Below the pieces are notes generated by a model. That model was not told where the DNA came from. It saw nothing but the letters and a program-made list of their open reading frames with translations, and did no database searches. A DNA stretch of 64,000 nt from Candidatus Buchananbacteria bacterium RIFCSPLOWO2_01_FULL_39_33 (GTDB lineage Bacteria; Patescibacteriota; Patescibacteriia; 2-01-FULL-39-33), in the NCBI GenBank assembly GCA_001817505.1, contig MHIM01000028.1:383-64382 (forward strand). The letters run 5' to 3'. Below are positions 1-8,919 of this stretch, one piece after another (within the stretch, counting starts at the first letter, position 1; every line of letters begins with the position of its first letter). The position numbers were made by a program, and so were the translations under genes.

Positions 1-929
1 GAATTCAAGGCGAACCAGGGGCACAGGGTTTGCAGGGCGAAACAGGACCCCAAGGTCGGCAGGGAATTCAGGGGGAACCCGGCTCTCAAGGAGAGCAAGG
101 CGAAATGGGAGCATCAGGTGAAACTGGCCCGCAAGGCCCACAGGGTTTGCAGGGGCCAAAGGGTGACCCGGGCGAACCGAGCTGGGATGAGACCAGAATA
201 GCGGACTTGGAAGCCCGAGTGGTTTATTTGGAAAACCTTAATCAGCCACCAGAGCCCCAGGGATTTTCGGCTTACGCGAATTTTAAGAGAGGTCTTAGTC
301 AGTATTTATCAATAACTGACGCCGATCAAGTTGGTTTGAATATTACACATGATATGACTATTGAGGGTTGGATTTATTTAGAAGCAGATATGCCAAATAA
401 TACTGATTATGAAATTGTTAGTAAATATGATATTGATTATAATATTGATAGTCGCGCATATCGTTTCTATCTCTCAACCTATGGTACACAAGCACTATAT
501 TTAAATACTAGTCAAGATGGTTCTAATGAAGTAGCCAATAATGCAGCTTGGTCACCAATCGCACAGATTTGGTATCATGTAGCCGTAACCAGAACTTTAA
601 CCACAACAAAATTTTATGTTAATGGTATGCAACTTAGTACTAATAACCAATTTCATACCAGTACAACAATTTGTGATAATAGTGCCAGTTTTATTGTAGG
701 TCAACTTGGTGTAACTCCTGATGACTATTGGAATGGCAAAATGGACGACTTAAGAATCTGGAATGTCGCCAGAACACCGGCCGAAATTCTTGCCAACAAA
801 GACATTGAATTAACTGGCGCTGAAGCCGGACTAATGGGCTACTGGAAGTTCAACGGCAACGCTCTGGACTCCTCGCTCAATGGCAATGATTTGACCAATA
901 ATAATGGCGTTACTTTCATCGCCTATTGA
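1..929 (+). CDS. Secreted protein, 5'-partial, with N-terminal collagen-like Gly-X-Y repeats and a C-terminal concanavalin-A-like/LamG-type lectin domain.
   Basis: The reading frame is open from base 3 in the same frame as ORF 30..929. The translation GEPGAQGLQGETGPQG...GDPGEP is a run of Gly-X-Y triplets. The C-terminal part (DDLRIWNVARTPAEI, WNGKMDD) resembles LamG / Laminin_G_3 domains. The gene continues upstream of the window. Confidence 0.6.
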   Translation, partial: IQGEPGAQGLQGETGPQGRQGIQGEPGSQGEQGEMGASGETGPQGPQGLQGPKGDPGEPSWDETRIADLEARVVYLENLNQPPEPQGFSAYANFKRGLSQYLSITDADQVGLNITHDMTIEGWIYLEADMPNNTDYEIVSKYDIDYNIDSRAYRFYLSTYGTQALYLNTSQDGSNEVANNAAWSPIAQIWYHVAVTRTLTTTKFYVNGMQLSTNNQFHTSTTICDNSASFIVGQLGVTPDDYWNGKMDDLRIWNVARTPAEILANKDIELTGAEAGLMGYWKFNGNALDSSLNGNDLTNNNGVTFIAY

Positions 930-952
930 AACTCGGACTTTTAAAAACCAAA

Positions 953-986
953 ACTCCCGCACCGATTGGTGGCAGGGAGTTTTTTA
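953..986 (+). terminator. Putative rho-independent terminator
   Basis: Imperfect hairpin ctcccgcacc-gatt-ggtggcagggag followed by a T-run (ttttttatt), immediately 3' of the collagen/LamG gene. Confidence 0.45.
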
Positions 987-1230
987 TTCGTCATTACTAT
1001 CAATATTTCCTCCCTTTACCCCGCCAAAGGCGGGCAGGCAAGGGGAGGTGAATCCGCCAATTGGCGGAGAAACAACCCCATATTTTCTGTGTCATTGCGA
1101 ACGCAGTGAAGCAATCCCATGTTTATATTGATGAGATTGCTTCGTCCGTCCGCCAACCGGCGAACTCCCTCGCAATGACATTAGTAGGAATACTTGTAAT
1201 GACTGTAGTAGGAATATTTGTAATGACTGT

Positions 1231-1485
1231 TTATTTCTTAATCTTATTAAATAGAAAAGCAAAAAGCCAAACAGCCACCACATCAATAACATTCCAGATA
1301 ATTAAACCGGCAATAAAAGTGGCCAATGTTATTATGTTTCGTCCCAAGGCAATATCAGAGTGAAGGGCATAGCGCATAAATAATTCTCGCGTAGCCGGAA
1401 ACAGAGCTACGCCGGCAAAGCAAACCACGTAAACGATGCTGGTCCAGGCCGCCGTAACTTTTAAGAGGTGTTTGATGTTAATCAT
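1231..1485 (-). CDS. Small hypothetical membrane protein (84 aa, two predicted TM helices)
   Basis: Only the ORF and its hydrophobicity pattern support this; no recognisable motif. Confidence 0.4.
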   Translation of the reverse strand: MINIKHLLKVTAAWTSIVYVVCFAGVALFPATRELFMRYALHSDIALGRNIITLATFIAGLIIWNVIDVVAVWLFAFLFNKIKK

Positions 1486-1534
1486 AAGGTTATTTGTTAA
1501 CCGAAAAAATTGCTGTTAAAACAACAACTTGTTC

Positions 1535-1669
1535 TTACTTTTTATTGACGTATTTCCACAAAGCGGCGATGCCTAAAACCAGCAGAATAATGATCAAAAG
1601 ATAAGTAATCCAAGCAAAAAGCATCATACTGCTTGTGCCCACGCCGCCCATTAAGCCATAGTCCATCAT
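1535..1669 (-). CDS. Small hypothetical membrane peptide (about 44 aa)
   Basis: A GGAGGTG Shine-Dalgarno sits 7 nt upstream of ATGATG on the minus strand. Translation is MMDYGLMGGVGTSSMMLFAWITYLLIIILLVLGIAALWKYVNKK, with one TM helix. It is too short to appear in the ORF track. Confidence 0.35.
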   Translation of the reverse strand: MMDYGLMGGVGTSSMMLFAWITYLLIIILLVLGIAALWKYVNKK

Positions 1670-1715
1670 ATTTATTTCACCTCCTTCAATTAATTAAATT
1701 TAAAAAGATAATTTA

Positions 1716-2456
1716 TTATCTTAGTGTCCAGCCGCCGTCAACTATTATTGTCTGGCCGGTAATATAATCCGCTTTATTGGAAGCCAAAAAAACAACCGTG
1801 TTGGCAATATCTTCAGGCAGTCCGAATCTTTTGGCTGGAATAATAGCAATCGTCTGGTCTTTTTCTTTTTTAGTCATTACCCCGGCGGCTCCCGGAGTAT
1901 TAATTGCTCCTGGGGCAACAGCGTTGACATTTATTTTCTTGGGAGCTAATTCCAAAGCCAGCGCCCGCACCAGGGCATTGATTCCGCCTTTGGAAGCGCA
2001 GTAATGGGTCAGGCCTTCAAAGCCGACGAAAGAGGCGATTGAGGAAATATTTACGATCTTGCCACCCGCTTTCATTTTTTTTAGGGCCGCTTGCGAACAT
2101 AAAAAGATGCTTTTCAAATTAGTATCTATGACCCTGTCCCAATCAGCTTCTTTCATATCCAAAAACGGCACAAAAGGGAATATGCCGGCGTTATTTACCA
2201 AAATATCCAGTTGGCTGAATTCTTTTACGGTTTTGGCTATTAAATTATCTACTTCTGATTTCTTAGAAACATCACAGGCAACAGCCAAGATTTTTACTCC
2301 TTCTTTTTTTATTTTTTCAGCCGCTACTTGGCAATCTTTTTGATTGAGATCGCTTACCACCACCTTGCAGCCTTCTTTAGCCAGAGCCAGGGCGATGCCA
2401 TAGCCGATGCCTTGCTTGGCGCCGGTGACAATGGCCACTTTGTTTTTCAATATCAT
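1716..2456 (-). CDS. Short-chain dehydrogenase/reductase (FabG-like 3-oxoacyl-ACP reductase family)
   Basis: N-terminal TGAKQGIGYGIA matches the Rossmann TGxxxGIG motif. The catalytic YCASKGG matches YxxxK. NNAG motif present. Length 246 aa is typical for the family. Confidence 0.9.
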   Translation of the reverse strand: MILKNKVAIVTGAKQGIGYGIALALAKEGCKVVVSDLNQKDCQVAAEKIKKEGVKILAVACDVSKKSEVDNLIAKTVKEFSQLDILVNNAGIFPFVPFLDMKEADWDRVIDTNLKSIFLCSQAALKKMKAGGKIVNISSIASFVGFEGLTHYCASKGGINALVRALALELAPKKINVNAVAPGAINTPGAAGVMTKKEKDQTIAIIPAKRFGLPEDIANTVVFLASNKADYITGQTIIVDGGWTLR

Positions 2457-2689
2457 AATTTAATTAGTTTTTATTAATAATTTTTATATCTGCTTCATTA
2501 TAGCATAGTTTTTTATCTGATATAATATTAGAATAAATAAGTAAGATTTTTATATGATAGGCATCATAATTATAATTCTGATTGTTCTGGTAGTGGCAGT
2601 AATTTTGGTTATGGGCGTCAGGGAAGATAAGAAAAAATAGAAGTCCAAACCATTCACATTTAAAAACACTCCGATTAGGAAGTGTTTTT

Positions 2690-3229
2690 TTAAGATAAGC
2701 TGACGTGTCTAAACAGCCAAGCCGAGACGAAAAAAAACATAGCTAAAAGGGAATTTAAAATTAATACGCCGATAACGCCCGCCTCGCCCCAGGAGGTCTG
2801 GGCCGGCCAAATAAAGAGCGCCACTACCGGAATCAATACTTGAACCAGCGCTACTGTCAGCAGGGTATAGGCCATGCCGCGCGGCCTAAAACGTGCCGCA
2901 AGAGAGCCGATGAGTAAGACAGTGGGTACTGCCCAATACATCAAGTTGGCGGGGTTATTCTCGCTGCCGATAATGCCAACAGCGCCACTGACCCAGCCAA
3001 GAAATAGCGCTCCTACAAGTCCAACTCTAAAAGCGATGCGATACATTCTGTTTTGCGTTCTCAACCATATTGCCAGTTCATAGGCGCCGCCAGCGACCAA
3101 CAGTATGATGATATAGGCGACAGTTTCAATCCACTGCACTTCATTGGTGAACTGCCTGGCCAGAGATATTATTAATATAAGCGCTATGACAACAGCCCAG
3201 ACAATCTGTCTTTTGGTAATTTTTTTCAT
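2690..3229 (-). CDS. Hypothetical polytopic membrane protein
   Basis: Five to six hydrophobic segments; no recognised motif. Confidence 0.5.
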   Translation of the reverse strand: MKKITKRQIVWAVVIALILIISLARQFTNEVQWIETVAYIIILLVAGGAYELAIWLRTQNRMYRIAFRVGLVGALFLGWVSGAVGIIGSENNPANLMYWAVPTVLLIGSLAARFRPRGMAYTLLTVALVQVLIPVVALFIWPAQTSWGEAGVIGVLILNSLLAMFFFVSAWLFRHVSLS

Positions 3230-3495
3230 AACTTGAATAAGTTATTTTATATTGTCAGCATAGCAAAAGATCGCCATTTAGGCGATTTTTTATTTTCAGG
3301 ACTTATGGGGCGATTTTGGAAAAATTGGCTGGTGGGAATTAGCATTAGATTTTGATAAAACTATTTCCCAGTCATACCATTTTGCACATTTTTATAAATA
3401 ATTCTCGTCATGCTTGCTAATAAGAACGATAAATTAATATTGACAAACAATAAGCCACCAATTAAGCTGTCATTATTACTGATCAAAGATCATCT

Positions 3496-4002
3496 ATGAA
3501 AAAAAGCCCAACGATATTTCTTCAATTATTAATTGTGCTCATCGGCATCGGCACTCTGGCCCTCATGCTTTGGGAGCCTCATCTCGAAGGCAGGAACGCG
3601 CAGGCCACACTCTTTGAGATTTATTTCAAAGATCCGTTTCTGGCGTATGCGTATCTAGGGTCTATTCCGTTTTTTGTGGCGCTTTATCAGGCAATCAAGG
3701 TGCTGGGATATGTCGGACAAAATCAGGCATTTTCCCAAGCGGCCGTGAAAGCTCTGCGGACCATAAAATATTGCGCGCTCGCTACTGCGGGTTTTATTGT
3801 GGTGGCAGATGCTTACCTTATGATAGCTGCACGTAGCGGCAACGATGATCCTGCGGGAGCTATAATGCTGGGTCTTATAGCCACCTTCGCCTCTATCGTT
3901 ATCGCCGCCGCCACCGCGGTGTTTGGACAGATTTTGCAAAGTGGGGTGGACATAAAAAAAGAGAGCCCAACTTCAATTAATAATAATAAAACAGTCCCTT
4001 AA
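3496..4002 (+). CDS. Hypothetical membrane protein (DUF-type, 4 TM)
   Basis: ORF with hydrophobic segments; no catalytic motif. Confidence 0.5.
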   Translation: MKKSPTIFLQLLIVLIGIGTLALMLWEPHLEGRNAQATLFEIYFKDPFLAYAYLGSIPFFVALYQAIKVLGYVGQNQAFSQAAVKALRTIKYCALATAGFIVVADAYLMIAARSGNDDPAGAIMLGLIATFASIVIAAATAVFGQILQSGVDIKKESPTSINNNKTVP

Positions 4003-4151
4003 TAGGGCTATTTTATTATGGCGGTGTTTGTTGGACAAAGTTCACCCGGAATGGTTTGAAACGCCTAAGCCAAAATCTGTTACTGGTAAGAATGCGGTGG
4101 ATTATTCAATCAAGTAATGCCCATAAGCTTGAATGGGGCTTTTGGTGATGA

Positions 4152-5123
4152 TTATTTCTTTCCTAATTCCCCGATAATGTAATCTATCCAATTTTGATAC
4201 CAATACCAAGTTTTCACAACCATAGTACCAAAACCCTTGCTCATATTTTTACCGTCATGTTTTCTCCAAAATTGAGTGTGTTGATACATTCCGAAATTCT
4301 TAAAACCTGCCTCCTTAACTTTTTGAATTACCAGCGTTGCGGTAAATTTTTGTTTTTCCGTTTCTTCTTTTATCCAGTATTCTTTTGAAATATTTTTTGC
4401 CAAATCGGATTTTGGATCAATAAATTCAATGACTCTATCCGCTTGTCCTTTACGTTTTGCTAAAACTTTTGCGAACAAAAGACGATAGGCAAACCTATCA
4501 CTTTTTGCTTCGTTTTCGGACAACTTACTATCAAAATCGGCAACATAAGAAATAACATTTTGAGGAATAAAACCTTCTTTATCTTTAATAACTTTTGATT
4601 GTGAATGGTCTAGTTCGGAGAATTGTAAACTCAACGCCAAATTGTTATCAAGACCATATTTTTCTCCGTGCAGTTTTTTGAGATAGAAGTTCAAGTTCAA
4701 TGCACATGCTTGATAACGAGCAGACAAATAAGAATCTAACCCACTGGCTTTCCGGTGCTCAATCTGGTTACGCAACCCAATTAAAAAGTTTAAGTTGTTC
4801 ACGGTGTCCCTATCGAGTGGACAGTCAGATTTTGAGATACACTCTCTCAAATCCCAATATTTAATACTCCCGTCAGGATTTTTAACATATTTTTTACGAC
4901 TACCGCTTTTTGTAAAATATCGATAATCTACCCCTTTTTCTCTATAGTGGGCGTGCAGAAGATATGTCCAAGCAATAAGTGAGAGCACAATAAAGCTCTC
5001 GGTTTTAAAGTAAATGAGTGGATTGTTATAAATTTGAACAGCCGAAAGCATGGCCTCGCGGGCTTTCATTATTAAATCAACTTTTTCAGAGTAAATAGTT
5101 CTGGTCATAGTTCTTGTGGACAA
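4152..5123 (-). CDS. Hypothetical protein with a HEPN-like Rx4-6H motif; possible Abi-family (AbiD/F, Abi_2-like) abortive-infection protein.
   Basis: Contains LIGLRNQIEHRK (R-N-x-x-x-H), resembling the RNxxAH signature of Abi_2/HEPN proteins. The 323-aa size is in range. It is transcribed divergently from the R-M methyltransferase. The functional call is inference. Confidence 0.4.
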   Translation of the reverse strand: MSTRTMTRTIYSEKVDLIMKAREAMLSAVQIYNNPLIYFKTESFIVLSLIAWTYLLHAHYREKGVDYRYFTKSGSRKKYVKNPDGSIKYWDLRECISKSDCPLDRDTVNNLNFLIGLRNQIEHRKASGLDSYLSARYQACALNLNFYLKKLHGEKYGLDNNLALSLQFSELDHSQSKVIKDKEGFIPQNVISYVADFDSKLSENEAKSDRFAYRLLFAKVLAKRKGQADRVIEFIDPKSDLAKNISKEYWIKEETEKQKFTATLVIQKVKEAGFKNFGMYQHTQFWRKHDGKNMSKGFGTMVVKTWYWYQNWIDYIIGELGKK

Positions 5124-5165
5124 ATCCCACTTCTTTTTATATAGGTATCATACTATAATATACAT

Positions 5166-6263
5166 ATGGCAAGCAACCAAATCTTCAAAGCAGTCTATTT
5201 TTCTGACTACAAGGAAACAAACCCAAAAGCAAAGGGTGTTGTCTTGGCTTTTGGTGAGAGAAATATAGATTTATACAAAAGCGTAGCCGGTCTTGGGAGT
5301 AATGAATTACGCAACTTACTCGGAACTGACTCCTATCTTGAGCTAGAGCAACGCGCGCAACAAGAGGGTTTGCCGGTAAACACTTACTGCCTTTGGTATT
5401 TGCGAAAAAATCTCGGCGCGGAAGAAGTAAAACCGAAAAAGGCAAAGATTAGCGAAAGGGCAATCTCTCACTTTATAAATCAGGTCATTAAGGGAGACTG
5501 TTTGGAAGTGATGAGAGAAATTCCAGCAAAATCGATAGATATGATTTTGTGTGATCTACCTTATGGCACTACACAAAATCACTGGGACAGCGTTATCCCT
5601 ATTGATCAACTTTGGAGCCACTACGAACGTATTATAAAAGACAAGGGCGTTATAGCCCTCACAGGGCAAGGGCTCTTTACGGCGAATCTCATGCTATCTA
5701 ATCCAAGACTGTTTAAATACAAAATCACCTGGGTTAAATCAAAACCAACTAATTTTTTGAATGCCAAAAAGCAACCACTTCGCAAGCATGAAGATATTTG
5801 TATTTTTTATAAAAGCCAGCCCGCCTATAACCCACAGATGACCTACGGCGAACCCTACAACAAAGGTTTCAGGAAAGATCAATTTACTGGGAGTTATGGC
5901 GACTTCAAAACCGTTGAGGTAAAAAGCAATGGCGAGAGGTATCCTACTGATGTTATCTATTTCAAAACTGCCGAGAGCGAAGGCGAAGTTTATCATTCCA
6001 CACAAAAGCCAGTGGAACTTGGCCGTTATCTTATTTGTACCTTCACAAAAGAAGGAGATGTTGTCTTAGATAACACTTGCGGTAGCGGCAGTTTCCTTGT
6101 TTCGGCAGTTTTGGAGGGAAGGAAATTTATTGGAATTGAAAAAAACGAAGATGTTTATCTGTTCAAAAAACATAAAGTGGATTATATCGAAGTTTCCAAA
6201 AAGCGTATCGAAGAAGCCGAAGCTCAATACAAAGCAGAGAGCAACAAACTAAAGCTATTTTAG
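5166..6263 (+). CDS. DNA methyltransferase (amino-MTase, beta-class: motif IV before motif I; N6-adenine or N4-cytosine) with an extra N-terminal extension of about 100 aa.
   Basis: Motif IV appears as SIDMILCDLPYG (a D/S-PP-Y variant). Further downstream the HSTQKPVEL...DVVLDNTCGSGSF stretch matches motif I / AdoMet binding (FxGxG). This order is the beta-class arrangement seen in, for example, M.PvuII/M.RsrI-type enzymes. Confidence 0.85.
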   Translation: MASNQIFKAVYFSDYKETNPKAKGVVLAFGERNIDLYKSVAGLGSNELRNLLGTDSYLELEQRAQQEGLPVNTYCLWYLRKNLGAEEVKPKKAKISERAISHFINQVIKGDCLEVMREIPAKSIDMILCDLPYGTTQNHWDSVIPIDQLWSHYERIIKDKGVIALTGQGLFTANLMLSNPRLFKYKITWVKSKPTNFLNAKKQPLRKHEDICIFYKSQPAYNPQMTYGEPYNKGFRKDQFTGSYGDFKTVEVKSNGERYPTDVIYFKTAESEGEVYHSTQKPVELGRYLICTFTKEGDVVLDNTCGSGSFLVSAVLEGRKFIGIEKNEDVYLFKKHKVDYIEVSKKRIEEAEAQYKAESNKLKLF

Positions 6264-7177
6264 ATTCCGCTATACGGCTCCTCTTGGAGAATTTTTCGTG
6301 CTTTTTCAATCTCCCCGTCAGTTAATACACCCTTTTCTTTGAGCCAGTATAGCAGGTGAAAATACTGATTTGAGTGTAAAACTGGCTTCACAATTTTATT
6401 TATGCCAGTTTCCTTTTGAACAAAAGCAAGGTGTTTCTCGGAAAGCACGCCCCGACCAATAAGGTCGTAGGCAATTCTAATGGCATCAACCGAAGTGAGA
6501 TTTAGGTCGCCCTTGTGGTTTCTGTCTCGCTCGACGTCTGACTCATCAATACTTAATAAATCTTCAACGGTCTCCAATCCATTGAGATTGCGGTTATAAT
6601 ACTCTATTTCTTGCCCACGATAAGTGAACCATGTTCTTCCTTGTTCGGTAAGAGAACCGCGCGGCAAATAAACACCCTCATTAGATATTCGCTCCTTTGA
6701 TACCCAGCCACAGATATAAAGTATCCATTTTCTTTGTCTGGTCGTACCCGGAAGTTCTCTTTTGCTGGGAGTTTCGAGGTGAGTCATAACATAAATATCG
6801 GCATCCAGTCTTTCGTCATGCATCTGCCGCGCAAAAAAATTATGTTTTGCTTCTCTCGCAATACCATCACTACTTTCGTATTCCTCTTTGAATGGTAATG
6901 CGCCACCGCGGCACTTAACATCAACTTTTATCCCGGAGGGAAGTAGAAGATCGTACCCGAGAGGATGATCTTCGGGATTTATTTCCGGCATACCCAGCTT
7001 ATTTCGTATAACCATCTCCGCAAGTGCGCCGAACCCTTGTTCCTCTGAACTGCCTCGTTCTGCGCCGGTTCGATTTTGATTTGCGGTAATATATTCAGCC
7101 GCTTTTTGCCGCAATCGAAAACCAAGCTCATCGGTGAGCTTTATTACTATTGGTTTTGGATGCTTGTATTTATACAT
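6260..7177 (-). CDS. Putative Type II restriction endonuclease cognate to the adjacent methyltransferase
   Basis: Convergent with the MTase and overlapping it by 4 bp at the 3' ends. Contains a candidate PD-(D/E)xK motif (GYDLLLPSGIKVDVKCR). The call is inference; R-M enzymes have low sequence conservation. Confidence 0.5.
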   Translation of the reverse strand: MYKYKHPKPIVIKLTDELGFRLRQKAAEYITANQNRTGAERGSSEEQGFGALAEMVIRNKLGMPEINPEDHPLGYDLLLPSGIKVDVKCRGGALPFKEEYESSDGIAREAKHNFFARQMHDERLDADIYVMTHLETPSKRELPGTTRQRKWILYICGWVSKERISNEGVYLPRGSLTEQGRTWFTYRGQEIEYYNRNLNGLETVEDLLSIDESDVERDRNHKGDLNLTSVDAIRIAYDLIGRGVLSEKHLAFVQKETGINKIVKPVLHSNQYFHLLYWLKEKGVLTDGEIEKARKILQEEPYSGI

Positions 7178-7195
7178 GGTTCAAAGTTGGAAATC

Positions 7196-7272
7196 TGGCG
7201 GAGACGAAGGGATTTGAACCCTCGACCTCTTCCGTGACAGGGAAGCGCTCTAACCAGCTGAGCTACGTCTCC
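7196..7272 (-). tRNA. tRNA-Asp (anticodon GTC), CCA encoded
   Basis: Reverse complement reads GGAGACGUAGCUCAGCUGGUUAGAGCGCUUCCCUGUCACGGAAGAGGUCGAGGGUUCAAAUCCCUUCGUCUCCGCCA. Full cloverleaf; anticodon loop CUGUCAC. Confidence 0.9.
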
Positions 7273-7406
7273 ATTAATAACTGACAACTATTAACAATTG
7301 ACTCTTAATAATTTAGTAATTTTTTAAAAAATACTATTCAGTATTAAGTTGAATTTTATCACAGAAGCTCATTAAAGTCAATAGATTTTACCTAAAATAT
7401 AAAACC

Positions 7407-7435
7407 GCCTAAGTCGCGGTTTTAATATTTTTGGT
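7407..7435. terminator. Bidirectional hairpin terminator
   Basis: Hairpin aaccgcctaagtcgcggtt with A/T runs on both sides. Confidence 0.5.
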
Positions 7436-7451
7436 AAATTCTTTATCCTGT

Positions 7452-7478
7452 TAAGCCAAAAATCCTTTCAGGATTTTT
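7452..7478 (-). terminator. Perfect hairpin immediately 3' of rplT
   Basis: ccaaaaatcct-ttc-aggatttttgg is an 11-bp perfect inverted repeat directly after the rplT stop codon. Confidence 0.5.
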
Positions 7479-7492
7479 GCCAATTAATCGAC

Positions 7493-7846
7493 TTACTTAA
7501 CGGGGCTAATTTTCTCTATAATCTTGGCAAAAACTTTCGGTTCTTTTCTGGCTAATTCGGCTAAAACCTTCCTGTCCAAATCAATTTTAGCTTTCTTGAG
7601 TAAGTCAATAAACTTACTGTAAGAAAGACCATGCTGCCTGACGGCGGCGTTAAGCTGAATTTGCCAAAGGGCTCTCATAGTTCTTTTTTTAACTCTCCTG
7701 TCCCGGTAGGCATAGGCCCCGGCTTTAATGGTGGCGGTTTTGGCGATTTTAATCAGCCGCTTTCGGCCCCACTTAAAACCCTTGGCTCTTTTTAAAATAT
7801 TTCTTCGGTTTTTAGTATGGATTACACCTCTTTTTACTCTTGGCAT
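7493..7846 (-). CDS. rplT: 50S ribosomal protein L20
   Basis: MPRVKRGVIHTKNRRNILKRAKGF...AYRDRRVKKR is a canonical L20 sequence; 117 aa. Confidence 0.95.
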   Translation of the reverse strand: MPRVKRGVIHTKNRRNILKRAKGFKWGRKRLIKIAKTATIKAGAYAYRDRRVKKRTMRALWQIQLNAAVRQHGLSYSKFIDLLKKAKIDLDRKVLAELARKEPKVFAKIIEKISPVK

Positions 7847-7854
7847 ATAAAATT

Positions 7855-7956
7855 TAGTTATAAAGTTAATAAAGTATAAAGTTATAAAGTTGATTGAATT
7901 AAAATTTGTAAAGTTAATAAAAAACTTTTAACTTTATAAACTTTTAAACTTTTAAC
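7855..7956. repeat. AT-rich tandem and inverted repeats built from a TAAAGTT unit in the rpmI-rplT intergenic region
   Basis: ttataaagttaataaagtataaagttataaagtt faces aactttataaacttttaaacttttaactt. The same unit family recurs at 42841-42895. Confidence 0.6.
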
Positions 7957-8154
7957 TTAATTGTAGGGCATCAATCGCTTGATATTTTTCTGATCGGCCT
8001 TGGCGATTTGCTTATCTCGTCTTTTGTTTCTTTTGACTCGGCCGGATTCTCTGGCGTTGAAATGGTCTTGACCGCCGGTTCTCTTAAGAATCTTTCCTTT
8101 CTTAGTTATTTTGAATCTTTTGGCGATAGCTTGCTTGGTTTTCATTTTTGGCAT
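7957..8154 (-). CDS. rpmI: 50S ribosomal protein L35
   Basis: MPKMKTKQAIAKRFKITKKGKILKR; 65 aa, canonical L35. Confidence 0.95.
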   Translation of the reverse strand: MPKMKTKQAIAKRFKITKKGKILKRTGGQDHFNARESGRVKRNKRRDKQIAKADQKNIKRLMPYN

Positions 8155-8162
8155 ATTTTTTC

Positions 8163-8199
8163 GATTTCAGATTTACGATTGCAGATTTCAGATTGATTG
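8163..8199. repeat. Short tandem repeat (gatttcagattt-like units) between infC and rpmI
   Basis: gatttcagatttacgattgcagatttcagattgattg. Confidence 0.5.
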
Positions 8200-8248
8200 A
8201 ATAAATTAGACCTTAATCTGTCTTTGGTAATCTGTCATTGGTAATTAT

Positions 8249-8806
8249 TTATAAAGCGATGATAGCTGATAATTTACTGCCCAATTTTTTTATTTCTTGT
8301 TCCACTTTTAATTCTTTATTAGCTAAACCCTCTTTGGTTTTGACGATTATTTTATTAATTATCTCTTTGGCCAAATCAATATGCTGATGTTCCCGGCCCC
8401 GGAGCTGCAATTCAATTCTGACTTTATGGCCGTCGCTTAAAAACCTTTTGGCCTGTTCAATCCTTAAATTCAAATCATGGTTGCTGATTCGGCTGGAAAC
8501 TTTAATGGTTTTGGTCTCGGCGGTTTTCTGTTTGGCCTTATGCTTTCTTTCCTGCTTTTCTTTCTGGTATTTATAACTGCCATAATCCATAATTTTGCAA
8601 ATTGGCGGTTCAACCAAAGGCGAGACCTCGACCAAATCCAAGTCCTTAGCTCTGGCCATAGCCAAGGCCTCAGGTCGGCTGATGACGCCCAGATTATTAT
8701 TTTCATCATCTATCACCACCACTTGGGGCGCCAAGATTCTCTCATTGATTTTGAGTTCTTTGACGGCTGATGATGGCGGTTTACTGCCTCTAAACGATCT
8801 TCTCAT
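8249..8806 (-). CDS. infC: Translation initiation factor IF-3
   Basis: INERILAPQVVVIDDENNNLGVISRPEALAMARAKDLDLVEVSP...ICKIMDYGSYKYQ. The C-terminal domain is conserved. The true start may be a non-ATG codon downstream of the annotated M. Confidence 0.9.
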   Translation of the reverse strand: MRRSFRGSKPPSSAVKELKINERILAPQVVVIDDENNNLGVISRPEALAMARAKDLDLVEVSPLVEPPICKIMDYGSYKYQKEKQERKHKAKQKTAETKTIKVSSRISNHDLNLRIEQAKRFLSDGHKVRIELQLRGREHQHIDLAKEIINKIIVKTKEGLANKELKVEQEIKKLGSKLSAIIAL

Positions 8807-8810
8807 TAAT

Positions 8811-8915
8811 TTAGCTTATTAGCTGGTTAGCTTATTAGGTAGTTAGTTGTCGGTTGGTAATTTTGTTAGCTTTATAAAATTTCCTAAGAAGCTAAAAGCT
8901 ACAAGCTACAACCTA
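8811..8915. repeat. Dispersed intergenic repeat element (AAGCTAAT/AAGCTACAA unit family). This is the reverse-orientation copy of the element at 60124-60349.
   Basis: ttagcttattagctggttagcttattagg ... cctaagaagctaaaagctacaagctacaacctaa. The reverse complement of the second half closely matches 60124-60155, and the first half matches the reverse complement of the gctaataagctaa units at 60160 onward. Confidence 0.6.
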
Positions 8916-8919
8916 ATTT

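Noticed and set aside
1022-1076. Two similar small hairpins (ccgccaaaggcgg and ccgccaattggcgg), and a 25-bp direct repeat at 1186-1235
   Set aside because: Short with no clear context; likely incidental intergenic structure.
904-1363. ORFs 904..1131 and 1061..1363 (plus strand), and 1092..1292 (minus strand)
   Set aside because: They overlap each other and the terminator/repeat region, have no RBS, and have low-complexity translations.
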